64,000 nucleotides of DNA, taken from NCBI GenBank assembly GCA_050291445.1, contig JBNKJW010000241.1:6943-70942 (forward strand), written 5' to 3'. Below the pieces are notes generated by a model. The model had not been told where the DNA came from and made no database searches. It saw only the letters and a program-made list of their open reading frames with translations. Position numbers and translations under genes: made by a program. Positions 1-7,265 of the stretch are shown here, in pieces (the first letter of the stretch is position 1; each line of letters begins with the position of its first letter). Source of the stretch: Bacteroidales bacterium (GTDB lineage Bacteria; Bacteroidota; Bacteroidia; Bacteroidales; NBLH01).

Positions 1-573
1 CAAAACCCCTATTTAAAAGGGCTCAATTTTTTTACTGAGTTGTTCAATGCCATCCAGAACAATAATAGTCTTTTTATTAAATATCAGGGTTTTAATCAGC
101 CCAAACCTGATGAATATACTTTTCACCCCTGGTACTTAAAACAATTTAATAATCGCTGGTTTTTGTTTGGATGGAATGATAAATACCAGGATTTAAGCAA
201 CATGCCCATTGACCGAATCCTATCAATTAATGAGTCCAAAACCACCTATTTACCAAACACGAAAATTGATTTCGAAGAATATTTCGAAGACCTTGTTGGA
301 GTTACAATAAAACCAGGTGCCCAATTAGAAAAAGTAATTATAAAAGTCAAAAATAAATTATGGCCTTATATTGTAAGCAAACCAATCCATGGCTCTCAAA
401 AAGTTAAATCTAGAAATGAATCAGAAACAATCATTGAATTAAACGTAATCATCAACTATGAATTTAAATCTCTTTTATTTTCTTACATGGATGGCATTGA
501 AATCATAGAGCCGGTGAGCTTAAGAGAAACATTTAAAGCGGTATCAGAAAACATATTTTTAAAGTATAAATAA
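1..573 (+). CDS. WYL-domain transcriptional regulator, C-terminal part (5' end upstream of window)
   Basis: The frame is open from nt 1, with no stop before the TTG at 40 used by the ORF track. Contains LFIKYQG...FHPWYLKQFNNRWFLFGW...MPIDRILSI (WYL-domain signature) followed by a WCX-like tail (GIEIIEPVSLRE). The HTH would lie outside the window. Confidence 0.75.
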   Translation, partial: QNPYLKGLNFFTELFNAIQNNNSLFIKYQGFNQPKPDEYTFHPWYLKQFNNRWFLFGWNDKYQDLSNMPIDRILSINESKTTYLPNTKIDFEEYFEDLVGVTIKPGAQLEKVIIKVKNKLWPYIVSKPIHGSQKVKSRNESETIIELNVIINYEFKSLLFSYMDGIEIIEPVSLRETFKAVSENIFLKYK

Positions 574-637
574 CTTGTGCACTTATGTTGCATACATTAA
601 TATCATTTTTGCTGTGTAATTTTAATATAATACCATC

Positions 638-2446
638 ATGACAACACAGAAATTAATTGATAACCTAATATTAAATGAAAATGCTTATTTCTTTACAAAG
701 ATTAGATCTGGACTACTTAGTAAAGCACTCATTGAAAGAACCTTTAAGGAGGCTTCATTGGAAAAAGCAGGAAACTTCCTATTGAATAAAGTTAAACAGA
801 CAATTCAGGTTGATGGCCAAAACATAGAGTATTCAATCTGCGTGTTCAAATATTCAAAAAAACCTTCCTTTATTAAAGAGGAAGTTGCTAATTGGTATGA
901 AATAAAGTTGGCATACATTGTCATTGTTGATTTTGATTCTTATGTTGCCATATCAAAAAGAAATATTTCAGGAACAAAAGAATTATATAAAAAAATATTT
1001 CCAATAGATTATAAAACAATGTCGTCCCTTTTTATAAAGGAATCAACTGCAATTGAGAAACTATCTATGAACAACATGAATGTTTCAGATAATGCTGTTC
1101 GACAAAAAAGCATGGAAGCAATTGACTTAAAAGAAAGTGTCTCAACCTTTGGATTGCAAAGTTATATATTGAGTAACATAAGATTAAATAATGACGATGA
1201 CAAAGTGTCCCTATCTCTCAATTCATCACGAATAAATAGATTTGGCCGGAAAAACAATCTTAATTTCTTTACCTCCTGGTCAAAAGTGATAATTGATAGA
1301 ATAATAAACTTTACCGAAACAAATAATTTTATTTCATCATTTGCCCGTCCTTTGAATTTTGAAGATGAGAGTCAATCATTGAAGCCAATTGCTGTTCTAT
1401 TTCTTTTCACAAAGCTTTATGATGCTTATGAAGCAGGAAAAATTGAATCTACAAAAATTATACTTGAAGATATTGAAAGAGATATTGATTTAGTCTCAAT
1501 TCTGGATAATTTTTCAAGACTTATTAAGATTAATGAATTAAAACGCGGCAAAAGTAATTCATATTTTAAAGTAGATACTTCGATAGTAAATGACTTGACT
1601 GTTTCAATTAATCAAAAATCAATATCATTACGTTCACCAAAATTAAAGAATGTTATAATAAAATTCTCTGATGAAACAGAAATCTCAATAATCGAATATT
1701 TTAATAGATATAGTTGCTTTATAATAAATTTTGACAGAGTTGAACTCGTTTATAGTCACAGAAAACTTTTTAAGGATAGTCGTCTTTTAGGAAATACAGA
1801 GAATTTCCTAAAAGTATTTAAACCATACGGTGAACTTGACAATGTGACTAGTGAGAAAGGTTCAATAAACAAGTCTTCTACTGAGTTTTCATCTGAATCA
1901 ATTTTTGGATTCGTTGAGAATGAATTTCTAAATGACTCGCAATATTTTATTTGTGATGATTTAGGTCGGGAATGGGCAGACCATATTGGTTTGTATGATG
2001 ACAGCATTTCTTTTTTTCATTCAAAATATAAAGACTCTGAATTTTCGGCTTCAGATTTTCAGGACATTGTAGGCCAAGCGCAAAAGAATTTGGGAAATCT
2101 AAGTCCTGTAGATAATCAATTTCAAAGCAAAAAAGAATTGTGGGACAGAAATTATGTCTTAAAAGGCACTGAGTCAAAGATTTCAAGAACCCGAAAAGGT
2201 AGTTCTTCAGAGCAAGCAGTAGACTATTTTAAAGAATTAAAAACATCTCTAAACATAACAAAAAGGGTATATCTTGTCATAAACTTTATTTCTAAAAGTG
2301 AATTATCAGATAGACTTGATAAATTAAAAAGAGATGAATCGTTCAAAGAAAGAAATGAAGTAATCCAAATTTTATGGTTTATTTCATCGTTAATTTCAAG
2401 TTGTTATGAAGTTGGTGCTGAATCATATATTATTTGTAAACCTTAA
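638..2446 (+). CDS. hypothetical 602-aa protein, no family recognised (candidate defence-island gene)
   Basis: Long uninterrupted ORF 64 nt after the WYL gene on the same strand. The only suggestive motif is FICDDLGREWADHIGLYDDSISFFHSKY near the C-terminal third (possible degenerate nuclease-like acidic/Lys cluster). Followed by a hairpin. Confidence 0.6.
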   Translation: MTTQKLIDNLILNENAYFFTKIRSGLLSKALIERTFKEASLEKAGNFLLNKVKQTIQVDGQNIEYSICVFKYSKKPSFIKEEVANWYEIKLAYIVIVDFDSYVAISKRNISGTKELYKKIFPIDYKTMSSLFIKESTAIEKLSMNNMNVSDNAVRQKSMEAIDLKESVSTFGLQSYILSNIRLNNDDDKVSLSLNSSRINRFGRKNNLNFFTSWSKVIIDRIINFTETNNFISSFARPLNFEDESQSLKPIAVLFLFTKLYDAYEAGKIESTKIILEDIERDIDLVSILDNFSRLIKINELKRGKSNSYFKVDTSIVNDLTVSINQKSISLRSPKLKNVIIKFSDETEISIIEYFNRYSCFIINFDRVELVYSHRKLFKDSRLLGNTENFLKVFKPYGELDNVTSEKGSINKSSTEFSSESIFGFVENEFLNDSQYFICDDLGREWADHIGLYDDSISFFHSKYKDSEFSASDFQDIVGQAQKNLGNLSPVDNQFQSKKELWDRNYVLKGTESKISRTRKGSSSEQAVDYFKELKTSLNITKRVYLVINFISKSELSDRLDKLKRDESFKERNEVIQILWFISSLISSCYEVGAESYIICKP

Positions 2447-2468
2447 TAGTAAGAAAATGCGCTATTAG

Positions 2469-2524
2469 TCAGGCGTAAGCCAAGTCCCCCATTTTGGGGG
2501 CAGAAAAGCTTTGCTGGTGCCTGA
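2469..2524 (+). terminator. compound hairpin downstream of the 602-aa gene
   Basis: ccccc-atttt-ggggg (2486-2500) nested inside tcaggc (2469-2474) / gcctga (2519-2524). No clear U-tract. Confidence 0.35.
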
Positions 2525-2629
2525 TCACATTGTGTTCCTTAACATAAAACAAAATATGATATCAAAATGACCAACTATCTTCCATCCAGCTTTAAAAGTT
2601 TCTACCTTTAGCCCTCTAAACAAAAAAAT

Positions 2630-4216
2630 ATGATAACCGGAGAATTAAAGTCAAAAATAGATCAAATTTGGAACGTATTCTGGACAGGTGGGGTCACCAA
2701 CACCATTACAGTGGTGGAGCAGCTCACCTATCTCATTTTTATTAAAGATTTGGACAACATTGAAACCTTAAACGAGTTAAAAGCCAAGCGCGGTTTTAAA
2801 TACACCCCCATCTTTAACAAAGAGCAACAACATTTCCGTTGGAAAAACCTAAAAGAAATGGATGTGGCTCAACGTCACACCATTTTTTCCAATACAATAG
2901 ATGGTATCTTCCCCTTTATACGTGAATTAGGCAAAGATAAAAGCCTGTTTGCCACGCACATGCGAGGAGCCACCTTTGGAATTTCCAAACCGGCAACGCT
3001 TGACCAGGTAATGGAAAAACTCGAAGCCATTGACATGAGTGACCAGGACACCAAAGGCGACATTTACGAATACCTGCTCTCAAAATTGGAAGGAGGAGGC
3101 ACCGCAGGCCAGTTCCGCACCCCAAGGCACATTATAAAGATGATGGTTCGTTTAATGCAACCTACTTTGGATGATATCATTGCCGACCCGGCATGCGGTA
3201 CAGCTGGTTTTTTGGTAGCCTGCAAAGAATACATTGACAAGCACTACGATGTAACCGAAATTGACAAAAATTCAGAGCACATCAACAAGCACATGTTCAA
3301 TGGCATGGAGTTCGATGCTACCATGCTGCGCATTGCATCCATGAACCTGTATTTGCATGGAGTAGAAGAACCCAACATTATTGATGTAGATGCCGTAAGT
3401 AAAGACAACACCATTGCCGAAACTTACACCTTAATTTTAGCAAATCCGCCATTTAAAGGCACCATTGACAAAGAAAGCATTGCCACCGGCCTGAAAAATG
3501 TAACCGACACCTCAAAAACCGAACTTTTGTTTCTGGCCTTAATGCTTCGCCAGTTAAAATCAGGAGGACGCTGTGCAGTAATTGTGCCCGATGGCGTATT
3601 GTTTGGCAATGGCAAAGCCCACAAATCCATTCGCGAAGAAATCATTGCCAACAACAAGCTGGAGGCTGTTATTTCTATGCCCAGTGGCATATTTAAACCC
3701 TATGCCGGGGTAAGCACTGCCATTTTAGTTTTTACCAAAACAGGCACAGGCGGCACCGATAAGGTTTGGTTTTACGACATGAAAGCCGATGGCAAATCCC
3801 TCGACGACAAGCGTAACCTGCTGATAAGCGAAGAAATTTTCGACAGCTTTGTAATGACCACCGGCATTAGCCAGGAAGAAGCCGACAAATTGCACGACAA
3901 TTTCAACCTGCCAGACATTATCACTCGTTTTCGTTCCCTGAGCGCGGTCACTGAGCGAAGTCGAAGTGAAGCCGAAGGGAGCGGAGCCGACTCCCGGTCA
4001 TCGAGCGGAGTCGAGATGAACCGCAAACGCACCGACCAATCCTTCCTCGTACCTTTCAACGAAATCAAAGAAAACGAATGGGATTTATCCATCAATAGAT
4101 ACAAGGAAATTATATATGAAGAGATTAAATTTGACAGACCTGAGGAAATAATAGGACGTATTAAAAAGTTAGATGATGAAAGATTAAAATTAATTCAAAC
4201 TCTTAGCAATATTTGA
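2630..4216 (+). CDS. hsdM: type I restriction-modification system, DNA methyltransferase subunit M
   Basis: HsdM_N-like N-terminus, AdoMet motif DPACGTAGFL, catalytic NPPF (aa 272-275, nt 3443-3454), and C-terminal FLVPFNEIKENEWDLSINRYKE typical of HsdM. Confidence 0.95.
   Translation: MITGELKSKIDQIWNVFWTGGVTNTITVVEQLTYLIFIKDLDNIETLNELKAKRGFKYTPIFNKEQQHFRWKNLKEMDVAQRHTIFSNTIDGIFPFIRELGKDKSLFATHMRGATFGISKPATLDQVMEKLEAIDMSDQDTKGDIYEYLLSKLEGGGTAGQFRTPRHIIKMMVRLMQPTLDDIIADPACGTAGFLVACKEYIDKHYDVTEIDKNSEHINKHMFNGMEFDATMLRIASMNLYLHGVEEPNIIDVDAVSKDNTIAETYTLILANPPFKGTIDKESIATGLKNVTDTSKTELLFLALMLRQLKSGGRCAVIVPDGVLFGNGKAHKSIREEIIANNKLEAVISMPSGIFKPYAGVSTAILVFTKTGTGGTDKVWFYDMKADGKSLDDKRNLLISEEIFDSFVMTTGISQEEADKLHDNFNLPDIITRFRSLSAVTERSRSEAEGSGADSRSSSGVEMNRKRTDQSFLVPFNEIKENEWDLSINRYKEIIYEEIKFDRPEEIIGRIKKLDDERLKLIQTLSNI
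3938..4020. repeat. GC-rich in-frame mini-insertion inside hsdM with two related ~22-nt units
   Basis: cggtcactgagcgaagtcgaag (3944-3965) and cggtcatcgagcggagtcgaga (3994-4015) lie 50 nt apart. The local composition is clearly GC-richer than the flanks. Encodes SAVTERSRSEAEGSGADSRSSSGVEM in the variable linker before the conserved C-terminal HsdM helix. Confidence 0.5.
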
Positions 4217-4217
4217 T

Positions 4218-5414
4218 ATGAATAATCAAGTTAAAATAGATGATTGCTTTGATTTTGTCAGAAATGGTCTATCGATAAAACAGGAGAATGGCAAAAAAGG
4301 AATACCAATAACAAGGATTGAGACAATTTGGAATTCTAATATTGATATAAATAGGTTTGGGTATGCAGATATATTTGATATCGATAAATACTCTTCTAAT
4401 TTATTATCTGTTGGTGATTTATTAATGACTCATATTAATAGCCCAAAGCATCTTGGTAAATGTGCAATTTATGAAGGTATTCCAGAAAAGCTGATACATG
4501 GAATGAATTTACTATGCCTAAGACCATCAGAAAGTTTATTCCCCAAATATGCCTTTTACTTCTTCAATTCAAATAATTTTAAATCAAAAATTCCAAAAAT
4601 AAGCAATCAGTCTGTTAATCAAGCAAGCTTTTCAGCAGGTAAGCTTAAGGAACTCAAAATCCCCCTCCCCCCCCTCCAAACCCAAAAAAAGATTGCCCAA
4701 ATCCTCGACCAGGCCGATGCCCTGCGCAAAAAGACACAACAAATTATCGATGAATACGATAAACTCGCCCAATCCATCTTTTTGGATATGTTTGGGGACC
4801 CGGTTACTAATCCGAAAAGGTGGGAGAAAAGACTTTTAGGAGATATTACAAACCTTGTTACAGATGGTAAACATGGAGACTGCAATGATGAAGAAAATTC
4901 TGGTTATTATTTCATTAGTGCTAAAGATGTAAATAATTCAACAATTAACTATTCTAATGCAAGGCAAATAGTAAAAAAAGAGTTTGAAGAAGTTGATAGA
5001 AGAACAAATCTTCAACCAGGTGATTTAGTTATGGTAAATACTGGTGCAACTATTGGAAAGATGGCAATTGCAAAAAATATTCCTGAAACCAGAAAAACAA
5101 CTTTTCAAAAAAGTGTAGCTGTAATAAAATGTAAGGAAGAATTAATTAGAAGTATTTTTTTGAAATATGTATTTCTATTAAGAATAAACACATTTGCTAA
5201 TAGAGGTTCTGGATCAGCTATAAAAAACCTTTTATTATCAGAAATGAGAAGGTTTAAAATTATTGTTGCTCCTATTGAACTCCAAAACCAATTTGCAGAA
5301 AAAATAAAACTCATCGAACAACAAAAAGAACTGGCAAAACAAAGTTTAAAAGAGAGTGAGGATTTATTTAATGCACTGTTGCAAAAGGCGTTTAAGGGGG
5401 AGTTGGTAAAATAG
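4218..5414 (+). CDS. hsdS: type I restriction-modification system, specificity subunit S
   Basis: Starts 1 nt after the hsdM stop. Two variable TRDs are separated by the conserved spacer LPPLQTQKKIAQILDQADALRKKTQQIIDEYDKLAQSIFLDMFGDP, with a second conserved helix at the C-terminus (ELQNQFAEKIKLIEQQKELAKQS...LLQKAFKGEL). Confidence 0.9.
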   Translation: MNNQVKIDDCFDFVRNGLSIKQENGKKGIPITRIETIWNSNIDINRFGYADIFDIDKYSSNLLSVGDLLMTHINSPKHLGKCAIYEGIPEKLIHGMNLLCLRPSESLFPKYAFYFFNSNNFKSKIPKISNQSVNQASFSAGKLKELKIPLPPLQTQKKIAQILDQADALRKKTQQIIDEYDKLAQSIFLDMFGDPVTNPKRWEKRLLGDITNLVTDGKHGDCNDEENSGYYFISAKDVNNSTINYSNARQIVKKEFEEVDRRTNLQPGDLVMVNTGATIGKMAIAKNIPETRKTTFQKSVAVIKCKEELIRSIFLKYVFLLRINTFANRGSGSAIKNLLLSEMRRFKIIVAPIELQNQFAEKIKLIEQQKELAKQSLKESEDLFNALLQKAFKGELVK

Positions 5415-5429
5415 GAATTTTTAAATAGC

Positions 5430-5447
5430 CCTGGGCTTCAGCCCGGG
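5430..5447 (+). terminator. GC-rich hairpin between hsdS and the nested cassette (possible attenuator or REP-like hairpin)
   Basis: cctgggc-ttca-gcccggg gives a 7-bp stem with one G-U pair. No U-tract follows. Confidence 0.3.
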
Positions 5448-5505
5448 TAGAACAATACCATATCAAACATGGCTTTAGCCAAATTAATAAGATATAAAAA
5501 ACAAT

Positions 5506-6111
5506 ATGGAAACAAACTTTAACAATGAAATTTTCCCAACTGAAAAATTCAAAACTGAGAGTGAGTATATTGCCTCTTTAATTCAAACCATTGATTCTAT
5601 CGAAACTGATATACAAAAGAGAGCAAACACTCTGATAAAACTGGAAACTTTTTATGAAAAAAGAGAGGCTGATGAAAAACGCATGGCCAGGCTTGATTTA
5701 TTTAAGAAAGAATTTGGTGAATTAAATGTTACAGACAAGAAAGGAAAAACCAAAAAATACGAAGGCCTTTATATTTTTATTGATAAGGACAAACCAGTAT
5801 ATGTAGGTATTTCCAGAAATATTATTTCTCGTTTACGAAATCATGCGTGGGGCAAAACTTCTGTCACTTCCTCTTTAGCTTATTTAATGGCAAAACAAGA
5901 ACATGGGAACTTAAATAAGGATATTTACAAGGACAACATAAACGAAATAAGGGAGAAATATCTCGAAAAAGTTCGGGAATTTAAGTTGTATATCTATCCA
6001 TTTAAGGGACAGGAGAATACTGAAACTTCTGAGTATTACTCCCTCCAACTTTTGGAGGTATTACTTTCTGTTAGATTAAAAACTTGTTGGAACACATTTA
6101 AAACCCATTAA
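5506..6111 (+). CDS. GIY-YIG nuclease-domain protein with N-terminal coiled-coil region
   Basis: EGLYIFIDKDKPVYVGISRNIISRLRNH (aa 86-113) fits the GIY..YIG..R..H pattern. First gene of the coupled five-ORF run. Confidence 0.6.
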   Translation: METNFNNEIFPTEKFKTESEYIASLIQTIDSIETDIQKRANTLIKLETFYEKREADEKRMARLDLFKKEFGELNVTDKKGKTKKYEGLYIFIDKDKPVYVGISRNIISRLRNHAWGKTSVTSSLAYLMAKQEHGNLNKDIYKDNINEIREKYLEKVREFKLYIYPFKGQENTETSEYYSLQLLEVLLSVRLKTCWNTFKTH

Positions 6112-6113
6112 AT

Positions 6114-7265
6114 ATGTATTTTTTCTCCGAAACTGACCCTAATTATCGTATCAAAGGCTCCAGAGATCCATTGGGTTTTCAAAGCCTGTGGGCGGCTGCC
6201 GGTCATAAAGCAGTAGCTCATCTTTCAACGGTTTCGGCCAACCTGCGTGATTTTATGATTTTGGCTTATGCCACCTACTTTTATGGAAACAGAAATGAAA
6301 GTTATTTTCTGAATTTCTTTTTAAAATTTGAGCAGGTTTGCGCCTATGCCCGCAAAATATATCTGCCAGCAGAGGGTTTCAATGGAATCGATTTTGTAAA
6401 TAAACGGAAAGATGACCCCAGTTTTTTTATCTCTTTAAAGCCATCGGACACACTACTTAGCAATCAGCGCGCCTATGGCATTTATGGTAAATACATTCGT
6501 CCTACGCGCGACATGGGTTTTACCAGGGCCGAAGAATTTAATTCAGTAATGGAACAGTCTCTGTCTAAAACGAACAAATTGGCTGTTCTTCGCTTTGTAG
6601 AGCAATTGCTGAATAATGATAGAACAGAAATTGTCAAAGATGAACTTAAGCCAATGGCTGATTTATTAAGCCAATTAACCCAACCGGAGAAAGAATTATA
6701 TCGGAATTATCTTTTAAAAGTTCCTGACAGCAATCATCCTCAAAACAATTTATACTCTTTAGTAGAAAATAACCGAAGTATTGCTGAAAGCGAATTTAAC
6801 CTGCATGCTACTGTTCAGGTTCTACAAAATCAAGAGGGCATCTCTGCCGAGTTAAACAATGCTCTTGAAAATATCAGAAATACGGATAGAGTGCTTTTGC
6901 CTTTAAATAGGTGTTTTACACACTTATTAGGCCAGTCGCAATGGACATTGAAACAAATTGAAGATGACAGCTTTATTCAGAACTTACCAAGGAGTATTAA
7001 TTATGTGTTTACCGATTCCACCATGCAGGATCTTAATGGGATATTATCGCTTAAAAGCACCGAACTAATTGACAAAATAATAGAAAGAAATGACCATGTA
7101 AAACAAGGAGGACGTGCGTGGATTAAGAAAAAAGATGGCTTATACAAAGTAATTTATGGAGAAAGCGGCCAGATACAAGCCGATATCGATTTCGAAAACA
7201 GCTATGAATTCCCCTATTTTTTAAACACCTGGTTACATCTTTACAAACAAATAGAGTTAAATTAA
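6114..7265 (+). CDS. hypothetical 383-aa protein, no family recognised
   Basis: Starts 2 nt after the GIY-YIG stop, and its own stop overlaps the next ATG (TAATG). Conserved-looking N-terminal block IKGSRDPLGFQSLWAAAGHKAV. Has only two Cys residues and no CxxC-type zinc-ribbon motif. Confidence 0.6.
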   Translation: MYFFSETDPNYRIKGSRDPLGFQSLWAAAGHKAVAHLSTVSANLRDFMILAYATYFYGNRNESYFLNFFLKFEQVCAYARKIYLPAEGFNGIDFVNKRKDDPSFFISLKPSDTLLSNQRAYGIYGKYIRPTRDMGFTRAEEFNSVMEQSLSKTNKLAVLRFVEQLLNNDRTEIVKDELKPMADLLSQLTQPEKELYRNYLLKVPDSNHPQNNLYSLVENNRSIAESEFNLHATVQVLQNQEGISAELNNALENIRNTDRVLLPLNRCFTHLLGQSQWTLKQIEDDSFIQNLPRSINYVFTDSTMQDLNGILSLKSTELIDKIIERNDHVKQGGRAWIKKKDGLYKVIYGESGQIQADIDFENSYEFPYFLNTWLHLYKQIELN

